The notes beneath the pieces are model-generated. The model was not told the DNA's origin and ran no database searches. It was given only the letters and a program-made list of their open reading frames with translations. This document shows, in pieces, positions 11,816 to 25,194 of a stretch of 64,000 bases of DNA. Origin of the DNA: Octopus sinensis (lineage: Eukaryota); contig NC_043002.1 of NCBI RefSeq assembly GCF_006345805.1, positions 99,200,001 to 99,264,000 of the forward strand. The letters run 5' to 3'. The first letter of the stretch is position 1. Each line of letters opens with the position of its first letter. Position numbers and translations under genes: made by a program.

Positions 11816-14109
11816 ATGCTGGATCTGGTATTCTCCCGCTATCCGAGATCAGTGTCAGGCTTATCTCCATGCGCCGCTCTTGCCAAGAGTGATCATGCGG
11901 TCCTGAAGTTCGTCATGCATACAACTTTTTCTACGATCACGACTACTTCGCTGCCACGTAGAGTCTTCTCTGCAATTAATCTTGAAATTCTAACCGAGGC
12001 TTCCGCGCTTCTGGACTAGCGATCCCTGATGACGATGTTCTCAGTTCACGAACTATGGTCGTTCCTCAAAGCATATGTAATCTGGTTGACTGACCAAGCA
12101 GTTCCTGTTGGGCTTCCCAAGAAGAAGAAACACAAGCCCTGGGTGACGAAGAAGGTTAAACGAGAACTTCGACCCAGAGATATTGCTTGGGCTGAATTCA
12201 AAATCTAGATTCGACTGCAGCTTTTGAGGTGTATAAAACTCAACGAGACTGAGCCGTGAAAATTGAAAAGGAAGAACGCTTCAGATATGAATACAGAATC
12301 GCGGCAAACGCCAGTCGCAATCCAAAAACCTTCTTTGCCCATGTCCAACGGAATTCCCGCTTGAACAACCAAATTGCAACGTTGGTATACTCAATTGGCG
12401 TATCGACTGAGGACCCTTATCAACAGAGTCAGTTATTTGCCGAGGCTTTTTCAACTATTTTCAAACAAGATGATGGTCGTGAATCCCCTCCATTTGATAG
12501 ATCGGTACCTCCAATGTTTAGCTTGGTCATCACGCGGGACGAAGTCGAACGCGTTATTCAAGGCCTCGATGTCAACAAGGGTCACGGCCCTGACGGCATA
12601 CACCCACGGTTTATCAAAGCGTTGGCTCCGGTCATCTGCAAGCCTTTAACACGTCTATTCAATATGTCATTGGTGACGGGTGTTATACCTGCGGACTGGA
12701 GAACAGCGATAATCTGCCCAATTTTCAAGAAAGGGAGCCGCGAAGACCCGCTTAACTACCGACCGGCTTCCTTTACTTCAATAATCAGCAAGATGTTCGA
12801 AACCATCCTTAAGAAAAGTATGATGCTCCACCTCCAAAACACAGCCTCTATCTCTGATTCCCAACACGGCTTCGTGCTGAAGAGATCATGCTTGACCAAC
12901 TTACTGGTAATGGAAGAATTGGTGACGCGCATCCTCGATGATGGTGATGCTGTTGACGTCGTTTTATTGGACTTTGCCAAAGCTTTTGACTCGGTAAACC
13001 ACAGCCTAACCCTTGTCAAGCTTCAAGCATATAGTTTCCATCCGGATATTGTACGATGGGTTGGTGCCTTCCTCTCAGATCGCTCCTTCCAAGTCCAAGT
13101 TAATGGTTCGCTGTCCGACGTCTCCAGTGCGAGCAGTGGCGTGCCTCAAGGTTCAGTGCTTGGGCCATTATTGTTCTTAGTCTTCATAAATGACTTGCCC
13201 GACGACCTCACGCAACACACCCTTCAATTTGCCGATGATGTCAAACTGGTCGCTCCTCGCAGTGATACAGAGGATCTTCGTCGATGCCTCCACCAAATTT
13301 GGAGATGATCTAACGAATGGGACCTGTCTGAACGTGTCAAAGTGCTGTCATCTGCCTGTTGGCTCTTCTCCTGCAACTCAACTTGATTTCGAGCCGGGTC
13401 GTCTGCTGCTGGAGGGGACCGACCAGGTAAAGGACCTGGGTATCTTGGTGAATTCTTCCTTTTCGCCTTCGGCCCAGTGCGTCCGTGCTGCCAACAAAGC
13501 ACGCGGAGTTCTGTTCTTGATTCGACGATCATTCGGAATGCTCACAGCAGCCATATTCCTACCGCTCTATGTCACGCTGGTGAGACCCATATTGGAGTAC
13601 GGGATTCAAGCCTCTTCTCCTTATCTCCTCAAAGACATACAGCATCTCGAAAGAGTACAGAAGTTGGCTACCCGCATGGTTCTTGGTCTCAAGCATTTGT
13701 CTTATGAAGAAAGGCTGAAGACGCTCGACCTTTATTCTCTAGAAAAGCCGACGACGCCGTGGTGATCTCATTCTTGCTCACAACATCATAAGCAGAAAGT
13801 GTAACCTCTCGAAAGAGCTGTTCTTCACTCCTACTCCAGAGCGTAGGCTGCGGGGTCACTCCGAAAAGCTCTATCTGCGACGATTTCATCTCAATCGAAG
13901 GAGAGGGGCTTTCTCCGTCCGGGTTGCGGATCCGTGGAATAAGCTGCCGGACAAGATAGTGAAGATGCCGACGACCGCTCGGTTCAAAGTCTCCCTTGAC
14001 CACAAGTGACCTAAACTCTTTACATGAACACCACCCTGTACATAACTCCATGTCACCCTACATGGCCTTGTTTTTGCTTTTTGAGCCAAAAATTAACTAA
14101 CTAACTAAC
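11815..14109 (+). mobile_element. Second CR1-type LINE, 5'-truncated in the APE C-terminus, with 3' UTR and (CTAA)n tail
   Basis: MLDLVFSR...SDHAVL (end of APE), KGHGPDGIHP, NYRPASFTS, QHGFVLKRSCLTNLL, DVVLLDFAKAFDSVNH, GVPQGSVLGPLLF, FADDVK, LYSLE. Tail aattaactaactaactaac. Confidence 0.93.
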
Positions 14110-14431
14110 ACACACACACACACACACACACCACAGAGTTTTAAGATTCCCTGACTAAGCTAACATATCACTGGTCTTGGCGCTATTGAACCATCGATTC
14201 CTCACAATAATTCATTGCTCTTTAAACCTATTGACATTCTTCCTTTACAGGGTGATGTAACACAATGCATACTAATTACGCTTGTATATGCATTTACACA
14301 TAAACGCAAGCAGATTTTTATATAGGTGTGCATGTATACACACACGCAAACACACGCGCGCGCACACAGACACACAGACACACACACACACACACATATA
14401 TAAATAAAGTTAAGGTGTGATATATTGACTT

Positions 14432-14635
14432 CAAATTTTGGCACAACGCCAGCAACTTCGGAAGACGGAGTTTATCGATTACCTCAGTGCTCAACTGGTG
14501 CCTATGCTATCGACCCAGAAAAGATGAAAGACAAAGTCGACCTCGGCCGTATTTGAACTCAGAACGTTAAGACGGAGGAAAAGCCGCCTAGCATTTTGCA
14601 GGTTGTGAAAGCAATTCTTCCAGCTCGGAACCTTA
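14432..14635 (-). mobile_element. tRNA-derived SINE (core family), diverged
   Basis: gatgaaagacaaagtcgacctcggccgtatttgaactcagaacg. Confidence 0.8.
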
Positions 14636-14679
14636 AGGTGTGATATGTTAAAAGATGAATAGTGTAAAGGGTAAAGATC

Positions 14680-14993
14680 TCAGTCACAAATGACGATGGG
14701 TTTACAAGAGAAAATTACCCTCCGAGGCACAAGTCTGGGCAATGGTGTTTATAGAAGACCAGCAGTCACCCATGCATACCAGCCGCCCATCTCCACGCAA
14801 CCCGTGTTATCCAAAGGGAAAGGAAAAGGCCGATATAGTTTGGCACCCGTGACGTTGCAACAGCTGAGTGAACTGGAGCAACGTGAAATAAAGTCTTGCT
14901 CAAGAACACAACACACAACCCAGCCCGGGAATCGAGCTCACAACCTCATGTATGTGATTCTGACGCTCTAACCACTAAGTCATGAACCTTCAC
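14680..14993 (-). mobile_element. tRNA-derived SINE with RTE-like 3' tail
   Basis: Minus strand gtgaaggttcatgacttagtggttagagcgtcag...gagctcgattcccgggc (A/B boxes), gtgttgtgttcttgagcaagac, and tail gcccagacttgtgcctcggagggtaa. Confidence 0.8.
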
Positions 14994-15154
14994 ATTCAAA
15001 GATAAACATGTGTATTATTTCGGATCCCGTCACTCGAAATTACAACGTACACCAATACAAAGATATGCTTTATTTTTTTCAATTTATTATTTTTTTTTCA
15101 CAGTGTATAAGAGCAACACTTCCGATCCTTTTCTGAGACATGGCTCAATTGCGT

Positions 15155-15260
15155 GTAATAAAGTGTACCCAGCTTAACGGTAATAAAGTGTACCCAGCTT
15201 AACGGTAATAAAGTGTACCCAGCTTAACGGTAATAAAGTGTACCCTGATTAACGGTAATA
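15155..15260 (+). repeat. 25-bp minisatellite, about 4.2 copies
   Basis: Unit gtaataaagtgtacccagcttaacg at 15155, 15180, 15205 and 15230 (last copy has 2 changes), with no spacers. Confidence 0.95.
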
Positions 15261-16154
15261 CCGAAGATTGGGAGCGGTTCCCTCATACAGGCTGGCATAT
15301 AACTTTAACTTCCAAAGTTTCTTACATAAAGTTTTTTTGTATACTACCCAAAGTAGTACTAAGTGATATCCAATTTGATGTGCAATGAGATCGAAACCGA
15401 AACCACGTATTTAATGTACTTGGAAAGTGAACACTTGTTTGTTAATAACAGAGACACGCCTGCTTGGCGCTGCTGCTCCTGTGTATACGCGCATTTATGC
15501 GTGAAAGTATGAGTATGAGGATATGAGCTAGTTTTGTTGCTAAGCAAAGAATGGAACCATTCCCTTCGTTACAAACACTGTGGCTGTCCGTCAGAGGTGG
15601 TAGCGTGTAAACAAGTCAGCTGACGGAAGTCGGACCGACCTGAAGCACGCAGTTAGAGCGCATGTTGGTATGAGAGCTTGTGAGGCTGGTTGTTTTTAGT
15701 GGCTGTTTACCAGTCAGTATATATACAACAAGCACGCCGCACTCTGTCTGCAAACATTAGCTGCCTTATTTCCTAGCGATCAAGCTACCATGGAATGACA
15801 CCGAAAGGCGGATCATATTTTGTTTTTTTGCTAAAAAGTAAGGAACTAATATTTATTACATTTTTTGAAAAGAATTATATTTATCGCTTCTCTGAATGTG
15901 TATCTGCATATCTGCATGATTGTATATGGGTGTGTGCCCTTGTATATATATACATATGCGTGCCCGTGTGTCTGTGCGTATCCATGTACGTTTGTGTATA
16001 CAAGCCGCACATTATAATGTTCATATGATACCAACCTGTAGGATTCTCAAAGCATAAACTTATAAAAATATTTATGTATACATTTAGAAAGTAAATTTCT
16101 TATTTCATTTTTATTCATGTAAAGAATATACACCTGTTTGGTATTCACGGTTTA

Positions 16155-16227
16155 TATGCATGCATACATACATACATACATACATACATACATACATACA
16201 TACATACACACATAGGTGTGTGCACGA

Positions 16228-16264
<37 letters not shown>

Positions 16265-16344
16265 TACATATGTCTATGTATTTGTTGTATATAAATGTGT
16301 GTGTCTGTGTATGTGTCTGTGTGCACGTGTGTGTGTGTGTGTGT

Positions 16345-16390
<46 letters not shown>

Positions 16391-16924
16391 GTGTGTAAAA
16401 TTTCCTTTGAAATACTTTAAAGCAAATACTTTAGAAACGGGAATAGTGTAACCTTAGAAACATAGGATGATAAACAAAATAATCTTAGATGCCCAATATC
16501 TAACGCGATGTTCACGGTTGGGAGTTTTACTCAATGGGAATACTCGTTAACGGTTGACCTGTGGCTAAAAGCAACAGCTTCAAAAGCGCACGCGCTCTCA
16601 CTCACATACGCATACACGCTTTCACGGATTCTCATTCATACACTTTCAGTCAAACACATACTCACATACATACACAATACACACGCACACATAAGTTGTT
16701 TCATTCTCACACGTACTTCCTCTCAACTTCAACACACGCATACATAGATACATACTTACATACATACATGCATACATACATGCATACATACATACATACA
16801 TACATACATACATACATACATACACACATACATACATACGTACATACGTACATACATACATACATACATACATACACACATACATACATACATACATACA
16901 TACATACATACACACACACATACA

Positions 16925-16957
<33 letters not shown>

Positions 16958-17051
16958 GTATGTATATATTATATATATATATATAAATATGTATATGTTT
17001 GTATATGTACGTATATGTATATTTTTGTATATGTACGTATATGTATATATA

Positions 17052-17100
<49 letters not shown>

Positions 17101-17151
17101 TAAGTATGTATATTTTATATGCATATATATACATATCTGTATATATGTATG

Positions 17152-17185
<34 letters not shown>

Positions 17186-17250
17186 ATCCATGCACACATA
17201 TACGCATGCATATGTATGCATATATATGTATGCCTACATAGATACACACA
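16155..17250. repeat. Compound (CATA)n/(TA)n/(TG)n microsatellite block
   Basis: Long catacata, tatata and gtgtgt runs, with a short unique interval at ~16400-16640. Confidence 0.85.
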
Positions 17251-18319
17251 CATATGCATACATACACACCAACAAACGTATTATTAGTCACCCATTCACA
17301 AGCATACACACTTGGTCTGTCAAACAGCCCACCCCCCTTAAAACACACGCTTACTTTCTTACACATCTCATTTCCACACATACACATGTTCCTTCGCTTC
17401 TGTCACATACCATCAACACGTTAGTCGTTCACTCATTCAATATTTTGTTGTTGTTTTTTCACTGTTTATTAGCATTCAAAAAGTTTCGCTACTGCTACTA
17501 CCTCGTATTGTGTGGAGCCGATCAAAACACTCGTATTTATTATGAGAGGAAGATTTGCATTCACAAAAGATATCCAAACAACGTTTGGGATTTTGCGGAT
17601 GAAAAAAGGTTTCGTCTTGTTTCTGTTTAACCACCCCTCTCGCCCTGATCAATTCCGACGATGCGGAGATCGAGGATCAAAAGCGTTCCATACGTGGCAA
17701 TCTCTTCAAAGTATTCTTTTTTTTTCAATAATATCTTGCTATTTGGTTAGCTACATTCTGCTTGTAAAAGTAGCGCAATGAAAACTTAAAATACGTAGAT
17801 AATATAGTAACTCTTTTATAATAATTGTTATATATATATATATATATGATATTTAGAGTGCTTAAAGAGGAAAGCGAACATGGTGAGACTGCGATTCCGG
17901 TTTCAAATAGCAGATAATGCTGGTTATACCGTATGGAACGACATATACACCAATCTCCCGTTTTTCTTAAAATACAAATACTAGGATTTCGATGTGATGT
18001 TTATATTCATTAACCACTTAAACGTGCCGGATATCATTTAGAATCTTCCCGATAGGTGGTTGTAAGGACCCGGCATAGATGCAGGGTTACATACATTCCC
18101 TTTTATTTTTATAAGCGTGGATATCCCTAAGTGGAGGTAACTCCCGTATTTTGTAGCCTCTGTTTATGATTCAAACAGTTGGTCATTTTATGGTTTTATA
18201 TCTTAAAGGTTCGCACGTTTCTTTTTTTTCTCTTTCTCTTTAAATTTCATTTCTGTTGCATTTTAAACAATATGTAAATATCTATCTATTTTATTTATTT
18301 ATCTATCCATCCATTCGTC

Positions 18320-18320
18320 A

Positions 18321-18372
<52 letters not shown>

Positions 18373-18396
18373 CTATCTATCTATCTATCTATCTTT

Positions 18397-18472
<76 letters not shown>

Positions 18473-18480
18473 ATATATAT
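18320..18480. repeat. (TATC)n microsatellite
   Basis: Direct reading. Similar arrays at 21925-22005, 22465-22800, 28325-28475, 30170-30470 and 31345-31430. Confidence 0.95.
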
Positions 18481-19184
18481 ATAATATATTTATCAGTGTA
18501 TACATACATGTATACATATGTGTATGTATGTATTCATGTACGTGTATAACACACACACACACACGCAAACACATATACGAAAAGGAAGAAAATCAGCCTA
18601 AATGTACACATACAAATACACACCCCTTTATACACATATGTGCGCGCGTGTTAATATTTCTATTTGTTTACACGCACGCAGGCGTACACACACACATACA
18701 TACACGCACACACGGAGACTGTGACTGTGGTTTGTTGTAACTATGGCTCCACATGACAGTGTTTGGAACGAGCCAAGTCAAAAGTGGACACTCACTCTCT
18801 CTGTGCTCACCTAATTTGCTAGAAATAGCAGCTATAACTAAAAAAAAATTAAAATCTCAGTCGATCATTAAAATATAATTTTAAAAAGTGACACGTCGTA
18901 CTATGGCAATGTCAGTGGCACAGTTTGAAAAGGGAATTAGCAACTACAACTATAGATGTGCTCAGAACAAAGAAATATTTCTTATATATCTTCCTTAAAG
19001 TAATTTACAAGAGAATAACTTCTATTTGCTCTAATAAGAGCGTAATTAATGTTTATTCTTCAGATTACTAGAGCCTGCGCGCACACACACACACTCACAC
19101 AAACACTATCACGCTCGGACGTGCGCACACTCGCATACATATTTGCGTACGTAATGCACGTACACAGAGATATTCATTTCTACT

Positions 19185-19570
19185 CAAGGCACTACGCCCG
19201 AAATTTTTGAGGAGAGGGAGCCAGTCGATTAGATCAACCCCGAAGGCAACTGGTACTTGATTTATCGACTCTGAAAGGATGAAAGGCAAAGTCGACCTCG
19301 GCGGAATTTGAACTCAGAACGTAGCAGACGACGAAATACTATTTCTTTACTACCCACAAGGGGCTAAATACAGAGGACAAACAAGAACAGACAAACGGAT
19401 TAAGTCGATTACATCGACCCCAGTGCGTAACTGGTACTTAATTTATCGACCCTGAAAGGGTGAAAGGCAAAGTCGACCACGGCGGAATTTGAACTCAGAA
19501 CGTAAGGACAGAAGAAATACGGCTACGCATTTCGCCCGGCGTGCTAACGTTTCTGCCAGCGCGCCGCCTT
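19185..19570 (-). mobile_element. Two head-to-tail tRNA-derived SINE copies (core family)
   Basis: Both contain gaaaggatgaaaggcaaagtcgacc.cggcggaatttgaactcagaacgta. The second has a complete head ending ctgccagcgcgccgcc. Confidence 0.88.
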
Positions 19571-19683
19571 ACGTACAGAGAGATATGGATAGCAATGTGT
19601 ATAATTCTTTATGTGTGTATATATATACACACACAATGGCATTGATACTGATCGATTTCCATGCTTACATATACAAACATGCG

Positions 19684-19715
<32 letters not shown>

Positions 19716-19986
19716 CGTATATATATATTATATTATATATATGTATGTGTGTGTGTATGTATGTGTGTATGTATATAGAAACTAATCATTGATCTGTATA
19801 GATCGATCTGTAGTTCAACTAAAAATACCACACCCTTTATATTTTTAGAAAGTGTGTCAGAGATCTGGACAGAGATATACTACAAATAATAAAAGGAAGA
19901 AAGTACAGAAAGAAGGGAAGAAAGAAAAAATCAACAAATTATTTAATGTAGTTCCAACGATTTGATCACATCTGTGTAGAGTCTAT

Positions 19987-20392
19987 ACTCTTTTACTCTT
20001 TTACTTGTTTCAGTCATTTGACTGGCGGCCATGCTGGAGCACCGCCTTTAGTCGAGGAAATCGACCTCGGGACTTATTCTTTTTAAAGCCCAGTACTTAT
20101 TCTATCGGTCTCTTTTTGCCGAACCGCTAGTTGACGGGGACGTAAACACACCAGCATCGGTTGTCAAGCAATGCTAGGGGGACAAACACAGACACACAAA
20201 CGCACATATATATATATATATACATATATACGACAGGCTTCTTTCAGTTTCCGTCTACCAAATCCACTCACAAGGTATTGGTCGGCCCGGGGCTATAGCA
20301 GAAGACACTTGCCCAAGATGCCACGCAGTGGGACTAACCCGGAACCATGTGGCTGGTTAGCAAGCTACTTACCACACAGCCACTCCTGCGCC
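19987..20392 (-). mobile_element. tRNA-derived CORE-like SINE with RTE-like tail and (GTAAAAGA)n end
   Basis: ggcgcaggagtggctgtgtggtaag (A-box), ggttccgggttagtccc (B-box-like), cttgggcaagtgtcttct (CORE-like), tail gcatggccgccagtcaaatgactgaaacaagtaaaagagtaaaagag. Confidence 0.9.
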
Positions 20393-20427
20393 TTTAAAAA
20401 AAAAAAAATTTTTATATATATATATAC

Positions 20428-20473
<46 letters not shown>

Positions 20474-20496
20474 ACATATATATATATATATACATG

Positions 20497-20550
<54 letters not shown>

Positions 20551-20551
20551 C

Positions 20552-20603
<52 letters not shown>

Positions 20604-20691
20604 TATAATAATAATAAATATTAGGGAATAAATCCAAAATTACAGGGAAAAATCAGATTTAGGATTAATCCAATTTTATAGTAAATATTAT

Positions 20692-20842
20692 AAATATTAT
20701 TCGAGACAAAACCACTATTTTGCAAACAAACAAGGAAAGACTTAATCAATACATAAATTTGACTATTTATTAAAATTTTATGTATTGATTAAGTCTTTCC
20801 TTGTTTGTTTTGCAAATAGTGGTTTTGTCTCGAATAATATTT
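20692..20842. repeat. Fold-back palindrome (~70-bp arms, ~12-bp spacer)
   Basis: 20692-20760 aaatattattcgagacaaaaccactattttgcaaac...catAaattt is the near-exact reverse complement of 20773-20842. Confidence 0.92.
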
Positions 20843-20848
20843 TATATA

Positions 20849-20886
<38 letters not shown>

Positions 20887-21325
20887 GCGGAGTAGATGAT
20901 ACAGGGCCAACTGATGAAGGGGAATATTCTTTATGTTGCATGTCTCGTTCTCTGTTTTTTTCGTTGTTAGAAAAAAAGTTCGTTTTCTTTCTATGTTTTT
21001 GTTTTTATGTTTTCGTTTCTCATTGTGTTCAGCGTTTTTTTTTCTTTTTTTTGATATACCCATATATGTATGTATAAATACATTTATATGTAGCCATGTA
21101 CATAAATACGTATATATTTATATATTTATATATTATTTATATTATCATATATCTACACACACACAACCACACCACACACACACATACACAGACATATTCT
21201 TATTTTGTATAATATTGTAAAATACTTTTGCCATAACGATTTAAATATATTCCTTAGCCTTGTAAAACAAGTCTTGTGAGTTTTTTCATCTTATTTCTTT
21301 GTATACATATATATATATATTATTA

Positions 21326-21416
<91 letters not shown>

Positions 21417-21425
21417 TATATATGC

Positions 21426-21474
<49 letters not shown>

Positions 21475-21925
21475 TATATATACACATATGTATACATATA
21501 GGCAAATATACACATATGTATATATATACACATATGTATATATATTATAATATATATGTAAATATATATATGTATAATATATATATATAATATATATATA
21601 TATATATCTATATATATTATATATATATATATATATACACATATATATATTTATGAGAGAAGAAATAGATATAAGAACGACGAAAAGGTACTATTGCTAT
21701 TTAACTGCATGTCATTACATTAATGAAATACGTCAAAGTTTGTTTACATCAGAACATTTGTAAACATCTGTAACAGGGCAAATCATTGGAAATACACATG
21801 CACACATGGCAGTTATGCCTACAACTAGCAGCTGCAAAGAAGCACGTAATGGCAACTAGAAATAACATTTGTGTTCGTATAACATACAAACTATTATGAT
21901 ACACACACAAACAGGCCTAGCCAGT

Positions 21926-22005
<80 letters not shown>

Positions 22006-22135
22006 CCCTCTCTTTCTTTATATATCTGTCTGTATATCTATCTGTCAATTTGTCTATCTATCGATGAATATTTCTCTATATCTTCCCTCCTCTTATTTTT
22101 ATCTCTCAAATTTTTCTTGTGTATACGTATTCTTT

Positions 22136-22438
22136 GGAGGTGCAATGGCCCAGTGGTTAGGGCAACGGACTCGCGGTTTCGATTCCCAGACCGGGCGTTG
22201 TGTGTTTATCGAGCAAAAACACCTAAAGCTGCACGTGGCTCTGGCAGAGGGTTGTGGCGACCCCTGTTGTACTCTTTCGCCCCAACTTACTCTCACTCTT
22301 TCTTCCTGTTTCCTGAGTAGTACGGCCATGGACTGGCGTCCAGTCCAGCTGGTGGGGAACACATACGCCATAGAAACCAGGAATCCAGGGCCATGAGCCA
22401 GGCTAGGCTTGAAAAGGGCGCATAAAAAATAAATAAAC
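22136..22438 (+). mobile_element. tRNA-derived SINE, third family
   Basis: ggaggtgcaatggcccagtggttagggcaacggactcgcggtttcgattccc (A/B boxes), then gagcaaaaacacctaaagct. Related copies at 48669 and 60223. Confidence 0.85.
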
Positions 22439-22471
22439 TACGTATTCTTAGATGTACTTTCTCTTACTTCC

Positions 22472-22506
<35 letters not shown>

Positions 22507-22596
22507 TAGATAGATAGATAGATAGATAGAGAGAGAGATGGATAGATAGATAGATAGATGATAGAGAGAAGATAGTAGATAGATAGATAGATAGAT

Positions 22597-22634
<38 letters not shown>

Positions 22635-22695
22635 AATATAGAGAGATGGATATAGATAGATAGATAGATAGAGAGATAGATAAGAGAGAGAGATG

Positions 22696-22734
<39 letters not shown>

Positions 22735-22961
22735 GGATAGAGAGATAGATAATAGATATTAGATGATTGATGATATATAGATAGAGAGAGAGATAGATAG
22801 AGAGAGAGAGAGAGAGATGGATGGATAGATGGATGGATGGATACATACATATATATATACGTGTGTGTATGTGTGTGTGAGTGTGTGTGCTTGTGTATGT
22901 GTGTATATATATGTATGTGTGTGTGAGAGAGAGAGAGATAAAAGGAAAGAGAAAGGCAAAG

Positions 22962-23007
<46 letters not shown>

Positions 23008-23204
23008 TGCATGTTCTCGACATGTCTCTGAGTTGTGATTGTAGGTTAAAATCGAAACCTCTCCATGTCACTTATTCTTTTATGCTCTGCCGTTCATCTT
23101 CGCCACGTAATCGCTCTTCTTGCAAATAATATTCATATGATATAAAAGTTATTTAATCATTTCGCAGAACTGATGGATTTGAAAGCGCTGTTTGTTTAGC
23201 TCCA

Positions 23205-23218
23205 GTTTCTATGGCAAC
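23205..23218. promoter_or_regulatory. Candidate RFX X-box (GTTTCTATGGCAAC)
   Basis: Matches the GTTnCYATRGnAAC consensus and lies in a non-repetitive island (~23040-23350). Function unproven. Confidence 0.35.
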
Positions 23219-24209
23219 GGTGACCAAATTGTTGCTCAGGTGTTTCATGTGGCACTGAAAGCTGCGATGTATGGTTACCGACATAATATCCCGTTTCAAT
23301 ACTATTCTTTGCAAAATGTTGCGTTTTGGAAATGCAAGGTGGGAGGAAGTTTAGAACTATATAATACGTAGTTTATATGCATACGTACCTACATACCTCC
23401 ATTGAAAAGTTAGCAAAAATTATATTATATTATGCGGCTTTTGGAAGTAAAAAAATATATTTATGCATGTCTCTTCTTATCAAACAGGTTGGACACTCAA
23501 GATGGGTTAAAAAAACAGACAAACAAGAACAACGCTTTCAGACGCAGGTGGGTTGGGGTTTTAGGGTTGGTTGTTCCAAAATTAAAGTGGTGTTTGAGGG
23601 GCATTTTTTTTTATATTTTGAACAAGGGCTCTGGCAAATATTCACAAGTTCCTACATGCGTCTCCGGATTCCGGTCTGATGTACCGACTGAACCCCACTC
23701 TTCGAGGCCCTGTCCATAGCGTGCTCTAGTCGGAAGACAGCTTAAACTGTTATTTGTATATAAACTTTCTCAGACGCCCAGGTAACTAAGATACACAAAT
23801 TAACATCTTCCTTTCTTAGATTGAACCTACAGCTCACGAAGGTAAATATTTCAATACAACATAATCAATGCGTCTACTACGTTTCGATTACTTAATATAA
23901 ACATTATCAGATGCTACCATGAAAATATTTGATAAATAATAATATATAAATAACGATTTTTTAATACCTGAAAATCAATTGAACGTATCCAACGAAAAAA
24001 TAATGCTTGTTTTACGAAACCCAGCAAAATGAAGGGCAACGTTCTGAATTCAGTAGAAGTTGTACCCAGGACGCTGCAAGATGAGACAAAATTGAATACG
24101 ATACAACTCCTGGATGATCTGGGGCACACACTAAATAATGTGACCTGGGGGTCATCAAGTGTTTCAGCGTTTCAACATTAGACACTCCTACCCTGTAAAA
24201 CAACTGATA

Positions 24210-24456
24210 CAGTTGTGTCTGCGGAGAGTCATTTTCTTTTTGTGCCTTATAATGTAACACACTCATCGGTAAAATTTCCACTTATTTCTTAATTTTTATT
24301 TTCCTAAAATTTTCGTTGAGTCAAGACTATTGAAAAGGTTGCAAGACGCAACGAAAATTTTAGGAAAATAAAAATAAGAAATAAGTGGAAATTTTACTGG
24401 TGAGTGTGTTACATTATAAGGCACAGAAAGAAAATGACTCTCCCAAGACACAACAG
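24210..24456. repeat. Fold-back palindrome (~112-bp arms, 22-bp spacer)
   Basis: 24210-24322 cagttgtgtctgcggagagtcattttc...ttcgttgagtc versus 24345-24456 gacgcaacgaaaattttagg...gactctcccaagacacaacag. Confidence 0.93.
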
Positions 24457-24960
24457 AATATGCTTCAACACACAAACTCATATAAAGAATCTTGCAAACC
24501 AAATCCCAAAACGAAACTGATACAGTGTTCATTTTCTTTTATATTATTTGCTAACGCAGCATTAAAATTGACGAGTCTCCATATAGACTTCCGATATACT
24601 ATAAGTAGCCATCAAATCTCGCTTAATTCAATCTCTCGTGTTTTTAATGAAAGTACACAATACATAACAGAATCTTATTTCATCTAAAAAAACCAAGATA
24701 GCGTGAAACATATTTGGTTATAGCTCAGTTTCCTCATGATCAAACTGGAGCTATAAACAACAGCATTTTTAATACTCTTTGAATCACTTGTACCAGAGTC
24801 ACAAGGTCAGAAATCTGTGCGGAAACTGTAATTGTCGATTAAATTAACGCAAGTGCTTGGTAGACTTTGATCCAACTCAAAAATATGATCGGCAGAATTT
24901 GAACACTGAACATATGGAACCGATCCAGATGCATCGATGTATATATTATTTTGCATCAAA

Positions 24961-25154
24961 GGTGCAGGAGTGGCTGTGTGGTAAGTAGCTTGCTTACCAA
25001 CCACATGGTTCCGGGTTCAGTCCCACTGCGTGGCATCTTGGGCAAGTGTCTTCTGCTATAGCCTCGGGCCGACCAATGCCTTGTGAGTGGATTTGGTAGA
25101 CGGAAACCGAAAGAAGCCTGTCGTATATTATATATTAGATATATATATATATAT

Positions 25155-25194
<40 letters not shown>

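Noticed and set aside
15155-15260. CRISPR-like array
   Set aside because: Direct 25-bp tandem units with no spacers, in a eukaryotic context with no cas genes.
16111-17387. Many overlapping Y/I/V/C/M/H-rich ORFs (also 20171-21642, 27521-29216, 63580-63989 and others)
   Set aside because: Translations of TA, CA, CATA and TATC microsatellites.
17652-17695. CCGACGA...AAAAGCGT as a hammerhead
   Set aside because: No GAAA core and no stem I pairing.
17512-17781. Neuropeptide-precursor-like KR motifs ([19 protein letters not shown])
   Set aside because: They lie in different frames, with no signal peptide or repeated amidated peptides.
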